Assembly (NCBI GenBank): GCA_902384795.1
Contig: CABMDC010000001.1
Coordinates: 7,375 to 71,374, forward strand
Direction: 5' to 3'
Origin: Candidatus Gugararchaeum adminiculabundum
GTDB taxonomy: Archaea > Micrarchaeota > Micrarchaeia > Burarchaeales > Gugararchaeaceae
Length of the DNA: 64,000 nucleotides
Shown: positions 8,984 through 18,073 of the stretch, in pieces
Layout of the letters: every line of letters starts with the position of its first letter
How positions within the stretch are numbered: position 1 is the first letter of the stretch
Position numbers and translations under genes: made by a program
Notes under the pieces: generated by a model
What the model saw: only the letters and a program-made list of their open reading frames with translations
Told to the model about the DNA's origin: nothing
The model's database searches: none

Positions 8984-10216
8984 CTACTCATACCTAAGCG
9001 CGTCAATCGCGTTCAGCTCGGCCGCCCTTTTCGCAGGGTAATAGCCGGAAACAATTCCCACAATCAAGGAAAATGCCAGTGCGCCAAGCGCGAGTTCTCC
9101 GCTGATAAATGTGGGCACTCCCAGCCCGGAAAGCAAATAACTCAGCAGCAACGCAAGCCCGGCGCCAACAGCGCCACCCGCAACCGCAATCAGGCTCGCT
9201 TCAAAAAGAAATTCCTCAAGAATCGCATTCTTCGGGGCGCCAATCGCCTTGAGCACGCCAATCTCGCGCGTCCTTTCCATCACGCTCATAAACATGGTGT
9301 TCGCAATTCCGATTCCGCCAACGATGAGCGCAATGGATGCGATTCCCCCCAGGAAAACGCTCATTATTCCGCTGATAACTCCTATTTGTTTTGAAACAAT
9401 GTCCGCAGTAATCATGGTGAAATCCTTTTCACTCTCGCTCACCTTGTGCTGGCGCAGCATCTCATTATCAATCCTTTCCGCAGCCGCCGCGAGTTCCACA
9501 TCCGGGCTTAGTTTTATGTTAATTTGTGAAACCTCATTGTTTCCGGCAAATCCGGGAAGCACCTGCCTGCCGCTGTCCGCGGGAATTACTACCGCATTGT
9601 CAATCATTGACAGAAGCCCGCCCCCCTGTTTTTCAACGATTCCGATAACCTTGAATTTTTCCCCCTTTATCCCGATATTGTCCCCGACATTTATTTCGTT
9701 CTTGAAAAGGCTGTGCGCAACGCTGTAGCCGATCATCGCATATTTTCCATCTCCCTGGCCGAGGATTCTTCCTTCCTGCACCTTGATCGAGGTGTAAATT
9801 TTCTCATAGGTAATCGGGTCGCTCGCCGACACGTACATGCTGACTTCTTCTCCCTTGAACGTCACGGTTGCCCGCGCCTGCAGCGTGACTCCGACATATT
9901 CTACTCCTGAAACTTTTGCCAGCGCATCGGCATCCTTGGTGGTCAGCGTTGCAGCCTGCAGGCCAAGCATCCCGCCCCCCATTCCTCCCCCGCCGGAACT
10001 AGAGCCGCTCGAGCTTCCAGGGCTTATGCTGATGGTGTCGCTTCCAAGAAAAGAGAGCTGCTCGCGTATGGACATGTCCAGCCCCTGGGCTATGGAAATC
10101 AAAAGCACGATGGAAGCTATTCCTATCACTATGCCGAGGATAGTAAGATAACTTCTGAGCTTGCGGTGAGCCACGTTGTTCACCGCAAGCTTTAGCAAAT
10201 CAAGGTGCATAGGCAC
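8984..10216 (-). CDS. ABC transporter permease (MacB/FtsX family), paralogue
   Basis: Same motifs: IANTMFMSVMERTREIGVLKAIGA, DALRYE. Confidence 0.93.
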   Translation of the reverse strand: MPMHLDLLKLAVNNVAHRKLRSYLTILGIVIGIASIVLLISIAQGLDMSIREQLSFLGSDTISISPGSSSGSSSGGGGMGGGMLGLQAATLTTKDADALAKVSGVEYVGVTLQARATVTFKGEEVSMYVSASDPITYEKIYTSIKVQEGRILGQGDGKYAMIGYSVAHSLFKNEINVGDNIGIKGEKFKVIGIVEKQGGGLLSMIDNAVVIPADSGRQVLPGFAGNNEVSQINIKLSPDVELAAAAERIDNEMLRQHKVSESEKDFTMITADIVSKQIGVISGIMSVFLGGIASIALIVGGIGIANTMFMSVMERTREIGVLKAIGAPKNAILEEFLFEASLIAVAGGAVGAGLALLLSYLLSGLGVPTFISGELALGALAFSLIVGIVSGYYPAKRAAELNAIDALRYE

Positions 10217-10219
10217 TAC

Positions 10220-11734
10220 TCACTTCTTTTTCTTGACATACTTTCCATAGCCCCAGTAGGCAACTCCTGCAATTATCAAAAGAGTCACAATATTTCCAAG
10301 GCTGAAAAGCCCGCCATTCCCATTGCTTGCGGCGGTCCCGACTCCTGCAGGGACCACGTGCAAAGTGACTGTCTTATTTTCACTCACAGTTTGCTTGCAG
10401 GCATCCCTATAGCTTACTGTGACACCTAGCTGGTACTCTCCAGGGGTGTCAGTCTTGACATTCACCTTGTATCTCGCGTTATCCTTGTCATTCACAAGAA
10501 TCTGTCCAAGGAACTGGTCGCTGGCTTCAAGCAGGGAGAATTCCTCACTGCTCCCCATGTTCACTGAAACCGCGTCAATGGTGGCAAGCCCCTTGTTCGC
10601 CACCTGGACGCTGAATGTGTAAACCCCCTTTGCATTCACATAGGCGGGCTCAGTGGCCATTACCACCGAAACATCATTCTTGCATCCCACAGCTATCCCC
10701 GCTTCCTTTTCCACCACAGTTTGCTGTTCCCCCTGTGCATTCCTGTAGTCCAAATCAATGTGCACTGCCTTGTAGCCAGGTGCAGCATCATTATTCACGC
10801 CGATTATGAACACAGCTGTCTGGCTTTCACCAGGGGTAATTTCAGTTATGACCCTTTCATCAGAGCCGATGGCAGTGAAGAACGAGTCAGAAACCTTTAT
10901 CCTAACATTGTATGCGTCCTCTCCTCCCACATTCCTAACCTGCACATTCAACCCTACTTTCTCCCCTGGGAGAATCGCATCAGTGGTGCTCGGAGTGACT
11001 TCAATTATGAAGTCAGCCTTGTTCTTTATCACCTCAACCGGCCCGAACGAAAGCGTTGAGACTCCGGCTGTTCCAATATTATCGGTGTAGGTCGCGCTGA
11101 TCGGTATGCTATAAGTTCCAGCAACTGTGCTCGAGACAACGCTGAAGCTCACATTCACTCTCCTTGTTCCTCCTTTTGGGAGGTCTCCAATGTTAATCGG
11201 AGAAGGGCCCTTCAGGATAAAGTTGGAAGAGCTCGGCTGCAAATTCACACTCTTTGCCTCGCCTCCGGTATTCGTTATCACTGCTTCAACTGTGAAGTCC
11301 TGGCTCGGAGCAACGCTCGGATGGCCCGCATCTATCTGCAGGTTCGGCGAGTCCCTCACCGTAATCGGCACATTCAATGATTTGAATTTGCTTCCGGTGC
11401 TTTCACTCCAATAGGCGTTGATCGGCATGTTGTAAATCCCGGTTTTCGCGCCCGCTTCAACCCTGAATTGCAGGGTGACATAGGTGCTTGCACCAGAGCT
11501 GAAATCCCCCAAATCCTTTGATTCGGAGGAAATAATCGGGTTCACGGCATCGCTAGTGATTTTCACATTTGAGATGCTCTCCGCCCCGGGGTTGCTCACT
11601 AGGAGCGTTACGGTCCCGCTGGAATCCGGCTTTATGGTTGACGGTGCAACCGAATAATTGGAAAACTGCAAGTCAGCAAAAGCGACTCCCGCCAGCAGCG
11701 CCAGCAAAATTATTGCTCCCATAAAATTTTTCAT
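10220..11734 (-). CDS. COG1361-type S-layer-domain / CARDB Ig-fold protein
   Basis: Signal peptide, repeated V-N-G---A-NV Ig-like units, C-terminal TM helix and KKKK; typical partner of archaeal MacB-type operons. Confidence 0.8.
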   Translation of the reverse strand: MKNFMGAIILLALLAGVAFADLQFSNYSVAPSTIKPDSSGTVTLLVSNPGAESISNVKITSDAVNPIISSESKDLGDFSSGASTYVTLQFRVEAGAKTGIYNMPINAYWSESTGSKFKSLNVPITVRDSPNLQIDAGHPSVAPSQDFTVEAVITNTGGEAKSVNLQPSSSNFILKGPSPINIGDLPKGGTRRVNVSFSVVSSTVAGTYSIPISATYTDNIGTAGVSTLSFGPVEVIKNKADFIIEVTPSTTDAILPGEKVGLNVQVRNVGGEDAYNVRIKVSDSFFTAIGSDERVITEITPGESQTAVFIIGVNNDAAPGYKAVHIDLDYRNAQGEQQTVVEKEAGIAVGCKNDVSVVMATEPAYVNAKGVYTFSVQVANKGLATIDAVSVNMGSSEEFSLLEASDQFLGQILVNDKDNARYKVNVKTDTPGEYQLGVTVSYRDACKQTVSENKTVTLHVVPAGVGTAASNGNGGLFSLGNIVTLLIIAGVAYWGYGKYVKKKK

Positions 11735-12465
11735 TTCACCAACCCCCTACCTCTTACTGTTTCTCTCTTATTTTCATCCACCTTTTCAATTTTTTCAATC
11801 AGGCCGTCGCGTATGTGGACTATGCGCTCGGCCCTTTCCGCCACATATCTTTCGTGTGTGACCGTGACCAATGTCCTGCCCTCCCTCTGGTGCAGGTCAT
11901 CGAATACCTTGAGGACCTCCTCCCCGCTCTTGGAATCCAAATTTCCCGTGGGCTCGTCCGCAAGGATGATTTTCGGGTCATTGGCCAGCGACCGCGCAAT
12001 GGCGACCCTCTGCCTCTGCCCCCCTGAAAGCTGGTTCGGATAGTTCGCCAATTTTTCCCCGATTCCGAATTCCTTCAGGATTTCCTTGGCCCTTTTTTCC
12101 CTTTCCTCCTTTTCAATCCTATAGAACATCATGGGCAGCGCAACGTTTTCCAGCGCATTCAGGCTGGGCACCAGGTAGAAAGACTGGAACACAAACCCGA
12201 TCGTTTTCCCCCGTATGTACGCGAGCTCGTTTTCGCTTTTCTTGCTCACATCCTCGCCATTAATGTAAATGTGCCCCTTGGTCGGCACGTCCAGCAGCCC
12301 GACCATGTGCATCAGGGTGCTTTTGCCGGAACCGCTCGGCCCCATGATGCTGATCCTCTCGCCCTCTATGATATCCAGGTCGACCCCGCGGACAGCATCA
12401 AACGAAACCCCGTCCGCCTTGTAGGTTTTTGTGACCCCCTTGAGCGAAATTATTTTTCCTGCCAT
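11731..12465 (-). CDS. ABC transporter ATP-binding protein (LolD/SalX type)
   Basis: GPSGSGKST, GFVFQSF, LSGGQRQR, LADEPTGNLD, VTH. Confidence 0.95.
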   Translation of the reverse strand: MAGKIISLKGVTKTYKADGVSFDAVRGVDLDIIEGERISIMGPSGSGKSTLMHMVGLLDVPTKGHIYINGEDVSKKSENELAYIRGKTIGFVFQSFYLVPSLNALENVALPMMFYRIEKEEREKRAKEILKEFGIGEKLANYPNQLSGGQRQRVAIARSLANDPKIILADEPTGNLDSKSGEEVLKVFDDLHQREGRTLVTVTHERYVAERAERIVHIRDGLIEKIEKVDENKRETVRGRGLVK

Positions 12466-12494
12466 CTCCCCACCAGTTTTCATTTTACACTCCC

Positions 12495-12860
12495 CTACAG
12501 GCCCATCATATCCCTGAGAAATTCCTTTTTCAGCCCCTTGAAGAAATGCCTTTTCCCCATTTCCAGCTGTTTTTTCCCCGCCGGGGTTATCGAATAAACC
12601 CGCACCTTTCTTCCAGTCTTTTCACCTGCTTTGCCTTTTATCAGTTTGTTTTTCTCCAGCTCGGAAATTATGGGGTGCATCCTCGCATAGGAGGCTTTCA
12701 GCATCCCGTCGTCCTGCATCACTTTCACCAGCTCATAGACATGGACCGGTTTTTTCATGATGTACCAGAGCGCAAAGGCCGCGAGGAAATGCTTAATCAT
12801 GTCGCTCTCGACCACATGGCCTGCCAGATCCCCTGCGCCATGCCCTATCCTAATGTTCAT
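12495..12860 (-). CDS. PadR-family transcriptional regulator
   Basis: PVHVYEL...MHPIISELEKNKLI...RVYSITPAGK winged helix; heads the ABC operon. Confidence 0.82.
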   Translation of the reverse strand: MNIRIGHGAGDLAGHVVESDMIKHFLAAFALWYIMKKPVHVYELVKVMQDDGMLKASYARMHPIISELEKNKLIKGKAGEKTGRKVRVYSITPAGKKQLEMGKRHFFKGLKKEFLRDMMGL

Positions 12861-12867
12861 GGGGTAC

Positions 12868-12921
12868 TATATAAGAAATTAGATATATAAGCATTCCGAT
12901 ATATCAGAAAATAGACATATA
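12868..12921. promoter_or_regulatory. Tandem putative PadR operators
   Basis: Two 22-bp direct repeats (12868-12889 and 12900-12921, 19/22 identical, 32-bp period), each with a TATAT-N12-ATATA dyad. Confidence 0.55.
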
Positions 12922-12955
12922 AACGTTTTTAACCCTCCGCGGGCATAACCTCCCA

Positions 12956-13285
12956 GTGGCAAAGCTGAAAATAAAGGTAATAGACGAGAAGGGCGCAGGC
13001 TCGCGCAAGTGGGTCAGCGACCCCCGGGGTTTTTTCCTAATCTATCTTGCTGACAGGAAAATATTCGTAGAGCATTACAGGACACGGTTCGAGGGGCCTG
13101 CCAGCGTGACCGGAACCCCGGATTTCATCTTCCAGGGAATCAGCGCGAAAAATCTCGGCTATACTATAATAGACGCAGGCCTGGCCTCGCGCCTGGACCA
13201 TGCTGCCTATCTGGGCAGGGAGCTCCAGAAGGCGGAGTACTGCCTGAAAAACGGCAAAAAATACGTGCAGGATTCCGAATCCTAG
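12956..13285 (+). CDS. DUF4346-domain protein
   Basis: DPRGFFLI and HAAYLGRELQKAE...YVQD motifs. Confidence 0.8.
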   Translation: MAKLKIKVIDEKGAGSRKWVSDPRGFFLIYLADRKIFVEHYRTRFEGPASVTGTPDFIFQGISAKNLGYTIIDAGLASRLDHAAYLGRELQKAEYCLKNGKKYVQDSES

Positions 13286-13350
13286 CCCTGCCTGGCTCTT
13301 AGTTAATTATTTAAACAACCCCTGCAAATTCTATCTTCAGGTGTATACCT

Positions 13351-13542
13351 ATGGCAAGCGACGCATCAAAAGCAGCAGTCGGCATTGCGCGAGTCGTAGT
13401 CTCACTTGCAGTGGGCGGAGTGATAGGCTGGATGCTCTGGGAATATACCACCTGGATGCCTGACTGGCAGGTTTACATCTGCGCAGCGCTTTCGGCATTA
13501 ATGACAGGCATACTAATTTCGAAACAGTCCAAGGGAACTTAA
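13351..13542 (+). CDS. Small 2-TM membrane protein
   Basis: AGGTG RBS, upstream TTTAAA box, two hydrophobic segments. Confidence 0.65.
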   Translation: MASDASKAAVGIARVVVSLAVGGVIGWMLWEYTTWMPDWQVYICAALSALMTGILISKQSKGT

Positions 13543-13573
13543 AGTAAAACCAGTCTCTCTCATTCTTGCTCTT

Positions 13574-14095
13574 CTACTCCTGTACTGTCATCCTTTCATA
13601 AAATTCCTTAGCCTTAGTCCTGACTTTCTCATTCGATTCAACCAGCACCATCCCCTCATTGGGTTGGCCGTAGATTATCAGATCGCCATCGCTGGAGAAA
13701 ATAATCGCAATCAGCGCTGCCAAATCCTCCTCGCCCTCGATTTCAATTTTCCCCTTCCTATTTCTAATCGCCTTTTTCACAGCGCTTTCAGTCTCATCGG
13801 TAATGGTTCCTGCCGGATTCCGCACGCGCACAATCTCCCCGCTGCCAGCGCCCGCATATTCGAGTATCACTTTTGTAATTTCGGGCGAAGCAGGCATTCT
13901 CCTGATCACATTGTCAAAGACCACGATGTCCGGGGTCTCTCCTGCGCGTATGAGCAATGCAGAGCAATGGTCGCCCACTGAAATCAGCAGCCCCTTTCTC
14001 TTTTCAGCCCTAGCCATGGCCTCCTCTTCGGTCGCCAATTTGCCGAACGGCTTGGCAAGCTCGTGCCTTAGTCCCAGCGTGAGTGTTCGCTTCAT
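13574..14095 (-). CDS. GTP-dependent dephospho-CoA kinase (DUF359)
   Basis: LAKPFG, SVGD, VFD...RR, NPAGTIT, GEEDL, YGQPNEG. Confidence 0.88.
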   Translation of the reverse strand: MKRTLTLGLRHELAKPFGKLATEEEAMARAEKRKGLLISVGDHCSALLIRAGETPDIVVFDNVIRRMPASPEITKVILEYAGAGSGEIVRVRNPAGTITDETESAVKKAIRNRKGKIEIEGEEDLAALIAIIFSSDGDLIIYGQPNEGMVLVESNEKVRTKAKEFYERMTVQE

Positions 14096-14108
14096 CAGTC
14101 CGCTCCCC

Positions 14109-15299
14109 TTATCTCTTTTTCCTCGCGCCGGCAATGCGTTGCCCCATACCGTAAATTTTCACAAATCCCTCGGCATCCTTGCCGCTCCAGCTCGCCTTTT
14201 GGGCATAGCTCGCAATGTCCTTTCTAATCAGCGTGTTGGATGAATTCACTTCAACAACGGTTGCGCATTTGGTTTCCAATTTCACTTTCACTTTTCCTGA
14301 AACCGCCTGGTTCGCGGAATCGGCAAAAGCCTGGATGTCCTTCACAGCAGGTTCATAGAGCAACCCGGAGAAATTATAATCCGCCCATTTCAGGTCAAGC
14401 TCCCGCTTTATTTCCAGCTGCTTTTTTGTAAGAGTCAATTTCTCTAGCGCCTTGTGCGCCCTAATCAGCAGAAGCAGTCCCGGCGCCTCGAAGCTCTGAA
14501 TTCCCTTGATGCCAATCACCTCATCCTCAATATAGGTGACTCGCCCGCAGCCGTGGCTGCCTGCGATTTTGTTCGCCTCTTCCAATAATTTGATTCCCTC
14601 AATTTTCTTTCCATTCAGTGAAACTGGCACTCCGCTGTCAAATTCAATTTCAACATATTCCGGTTCTTTTTTCGTAATCTTGCTCAGCACCCAGGCCTCT
14701 TCGCCCGGCTCCTTCCCCTCGTCAATTTCGCTTCCCGAGACCGTGCGTCCGAAAACATTCTCATTAATAGTGTACTTTTTGCTGGCCTTGGAAACCGCAA
14801 ACCCCTTCTTTTCCAAATAGGCAATCTCCTCTTCCCGTTTAATTCCAAGCTCGCGGATTGGCGCGATTATTTTCAGCTGCGGATTCAGGCAAGCAAGAGT
14901 CACGTCAATTCTCACCTGGTCATTGCCCGCGCCAGTGCATCCGTGCGCCACTGCGGCCGCGCCCTCTCTTTTCGCAGCATCAGCCAGCGCCTTGGCAATC
15001 ACAAAGCGGTCAGCGCACATGCACGGGTAAATTCCCTCGTACAATCCGTTGCACTTTATGGTGTAGGAAATAATGTCACTGTAAATCTCGTTTTTCATGT
15101 CAGCGAAAATATGCTTCACCGCCCCGAGCTCCCTGGAGCGCGCTTCGATTTTCTTCAGCTCATCCTGGGCGATTCCGCCGCTATCCACTGTGAGCGTAAT
15201 AACATCATAGCCCTTTTCCTGCAAATGGGGCACGCAGAAACTGGTGTCCACTCCGCCCGAGAACGCAAGAACGACTTTTTCCTTAGCCATCATAATCAA
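14109..15299 (-). CDS. argG: Argininosuccinate synthase
   Basis: LAFSGGVDTS, AHGCTGAGNDQVR, APIRE, EAPG. Confidence 0.93.
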   Translation of the reverse strand: MIMMAKEKVVLAFSGGVDTSFCVPHLQEKGYDVITLTVDSGGIAQDELKKIEARSRELGAVKHIFADMKNEIYSDIISYTIKCNGLYEGIYPCMCADRFVIAKALADAAKREGAAAVAHGCTGAGNDQVRIDVTLACLNPQLKIIAPIRELGIKREEEIAYLEKKGFAVSKASKKYTINENVFGRTVSGSEIDEGKEPGEEAWVLSKITKKEPEYVEIEFDSGVPVSLNGKKIEGIKLLEEANKIAGSHGCGRVTYIEDEVIGIKGIQSFEAPGLLLLIRAHKALEKLTLTKKQLEIKRELDLKWADYNFSGLLYEPAVKDIQAFADSANQAVSGKVKVKLETKCATVVEVNSSNTLIRKDIASYAQKASWSGKDAEGFVKIYGMGQRIAGARKKR

Positions 15300-15425
15300 C
15301 TCCTATTCCCATTACTCCCTATCACTCATCATTCCTCATGCTGCCGCACTATATTATAGTGCATTATTTGCGATAATAGTTTTTTAACCAATGCAGGCAT
15401 TTACTATTAGCGGTCCGGTGCGCCC

Positions 15426-17987
15426 ATGGCTGAAAAACCTGAAAATCAGGAATCCAAATTCGACCCAGCCCTGGCTTCCATGCCCTCCGAGGAGCTCCTG
15501 AAAAAATTCTCCACTTCGCTCTCCGGGATTACTGACGAGGAAGCGCGCAAGCGCCAGAAGAAATACGGGTTCAACGAGCCTGCGAAAGCGAAAGAACACC
15601 ACATCCTGGTGCGCTTCATCCTGTCGTTCAACAACCCGCTGGTCATAATCCTCATGGTCGTGGGAACCATCTCGTTCCTCATGGACCAGAAAATCAGCGC
15701 CCTGCTCACCTATGGCATGGCCATCCTCAGCGTCATCATTTCGTTTTTCCAGGAACTCAAGGCAGGGGTCGAGGCAAAGAAACTTAGCGAGCTGGTGTCC
15801 ACCACCTCCGCTGTAATCCGCCACGGCAAAGAGCACGAGGTGAACATCCGCTACCTGGTTCCGGGTGACATCGTGGCGCTTTCAGCTGGCGACCTGATTC
15901 CCGCTGACATACGCATTCTTTCATCCAAGGACCTTTTCGTAAACCAGGCCTCGCTCACAGGCGAATCATTCCCGGCTGAAAAATCCAGCGAGCCGCCAGA
16001 CCCGGCAAAAGGCGGTTCCCTGCTGGAGTTCAGGAACATCGCGTTCATGGGCACTAACGTGGCAAGCGGCACTGCCCAGGCGCTGGTGCTCAAGACAGGC
16101 TCCTCGACCCAATTCGGCGAGCTCGCAGCCCGCGTTTCCGGCCAGGTGCCTGAAACCGCCTTTGACAAGGGAATCAAGAATTTCGTAATACTCATGCTGA
16201 AGCTAATACTCATTCTCGTTATCGCGATTTTCACCATCAACGCGATTTTGAAAGGCAACATGATCGAGGCGCTCCTTTTCTCACTCGCTGTCGCGGTCGG
16301 GCTCGCGCCTGAAATGCTTCCCATGATGATTGCGGTAAATCTTTCCAGCGGGGCAATCCGCATGTCCAAAAAGAAGGTGATTGTAAAGCGCCTTAGCTCA
16401 ATCCAGAATTTCGGGGCCATGGACATCCTCTGCACAGACAAAACCGGCACGCTCACCCTGGACGAGGTAATCCTTGAGCGGCATTTTGACCTGGGCGGAA
16501 AGGACAACGATGACGTGCTTTTGCAGGCATACCTGAACAGCTATTTCCAGACCGGATTGAAAAATTTGTTGGACAAGGCGATTCTCAAGCACCGGCACCT
16601 GCCGATTAAAAATTTCAGGAAAATAGACGAGATCCCCTTTGATTTCACCCGGAAAATGATGTCCGTGGTGGTCGAGGAAAAGGGCAGGCACGTGCTCATC
16701 AGCAAGGGCGCGCTGGAGGAAATAATCCAGCGCTGCCACAGCTACGAGCTGGATGGGAAAGTGGTTCACGCGCCCGGGAACATCCCTGCCAAATTCAAGG
16801 AGGAGGCGGACAGCTACCGCAACCAGGGATTCCGCGTCCTTGCCGTTGCCTACAAGAATTTCCCGCTCAAGAAAACGCACTATACCAAAGAGGACGAGGC
16901 CGAGCTGACCCTGAAGGGCTACATGATTTTCCTCGACCCGCCCAAGCCCACTGCGAAAAAGGCAATTGAATCGGTGAAGAACCTGGGCATCAGCTTCAAG
17001 GTGCTCACCGGGGACGGCGAAGCGATCACCAGGAAAGTCTGCGGAGACGTGGGCATTGATGTGAGCGGCAGCATTATCACCGGCGACGTGCTGGACAAAT
17101 TAAGCGAAGAAGAGCTTGGCAAGGCCGCGGAAGAGAATTCGGTTTTCGCGCGCCTCGCCCCGCTGCAAAAGGAAAGAATCATAATCGCGCTCAAGAAAAG
17201 AGGCCACATTGTCGGTTACCTTGGGGACGGAATCAATGACGCGCCCTCGCTCAAAACTTCCGACGTAGGTGTTTCGGTCGCCAATGCGGCTGACATTGCC
17301 AAGGAAACGGCGGACATCATTCTTCTGCGCAAAAGCCTGGGAGTTCTTGCAGAAGGGGTTGTCGAAGGGAGGCGGACCTATGCGAACATCCTGAAATACC
17401 TGAAGATGGGCGCGAGCTCGAATTTCGGAAACATGTTCAGCGTGACGGGCGCAAGCCTGTTCCTTCCCTTTTTGCCCATGGCGCCGATTCAAATCCTTCT
17501 CAACAATTTCATGTATGATTTTTCCCAGGCAACAATCCCGACCGACGGGGTCGACGAGGAATACCTGCGAAAGCCGACCCCCTGGAACATCGGTTACATA
17601 AAAAAAATGATGCTTTTTTTCGGCCCCATCAGCTCGCTCTTTGATTTCATCTGCTTTGGCGCGCTCCTGTTCCTGGGCGCCTCCGTTACCCTGTTCCACA
17701 CGGTCTGGTTCCTTGAATCGCTGGCAACTCAAACCCTGGTAATCCATGTGATCCGCACATCCAAAATCCCGTTCATCCAGAGCCGCGCAAGCAATCTGCT
17801 GCTTTTCAGTTCAATCGGCATTGTGCTCCTGGGCGTTGCCCTGACCCTTTCGCCCTTTGCGCCCATGTTTGGATTCGAGAACCCGCCAATCGGATTCTTG
17901 GCCATAACCGCTGCGATAGTTGTCGCTTACCTGGTTCTGGTGCAGCTGCTGAAAATGTGGTTCATCAAGAGATATGGCTACGAATAG
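15426..17987 (+). CDS. mgtA: Mg2+-translocating P-type ATPase
   Basis: TGES, PEMLP, DKTGTLT, YLNSYFQTGLKNLLD, GDGIND, SSNFGN. Confidence 0.93.
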   Translation: MAEKPENQESKFDPALASMPSEELLKKFSTSLSGITDEEARKRQKKYGFNEPAKAKEHHILVRFILSFNNPLVIILMVVGTISFLMDQKISALLTYGMAILSVIISFFQELKAGVEAKKLSELVSTTSAVIRHGKEHEVNIRYLVPGDIVALSAGDLIPADIRILSSKDLFVNQASLTGESFPAEKSSEPPDPAKGGSLLEFRNIAFMGTNVASGTAQALVLKTGSSTQFGELAARVSGQVPETAFDKGIKNFVILMLKLILILVIAIFTINAILKGNMIEALLFSLAVAVGLAPEMLPMMIAVNLSSGAIRMSKKKVIVKRLSSIQNFGAMDILCTDKTGTLTLDEVILERHFDLGGKDNDDVLLQAYLNSYFQTGLKNLLDKAILKHRHLPIKNFRKIDEIPFDFTRKMMSVVVEEKGRHVLISKGALEEIIQRCHSYELDGKVVHAPGNIPAKFKEEADSYRNQGFRVLAVAYKNFPLKKTHYTKEDEAELTLKGYMIFLDPPKPTAKKAIESVKNLGISFKVLTGDGEAITRKVCGDVGIDVSGSIITGDVLDKLSEEELGKAAEENSVFARLAPLQKERIIIALKKRGHIVGYLGDGINDAPSLKTSDVGVSVANAADIAKETADIILLRKSLGVLAEGVVEGRRTYANILKYLKMGASSNFGNMFSVTGASLFLPFLPMAPIQILLNNFMYDFSQATIPTDGVDEEYLRKPTPWNIGYIKKMMLFFGPISSLFDFICFGALLFLGASVTLFHTVWFLESLATQTLVIHVIRTSKIPFIQSRASNLLLFSSIGIVLLGVALTLSPFAPMFGFENPPIGFLAITAAIVVAYLVLVQLLKMWFIKRYGYE

Positions 17988-18073
17988 AACCGCTCCCCGT
18001 TTCTCATCACTTCCGCACCACCTAAACGGTTAAAAATCCCCTTTTCACATCACACTAGAATAGGGTGGTCTTC

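Noticed and set aside
15300-15425. Possible Mg2+ riboswitch or leader peptide upstream of mgtA
   Set aside because: The region is short and AT-rich with only weak dyads; no M-box or leader structure is recognisable.
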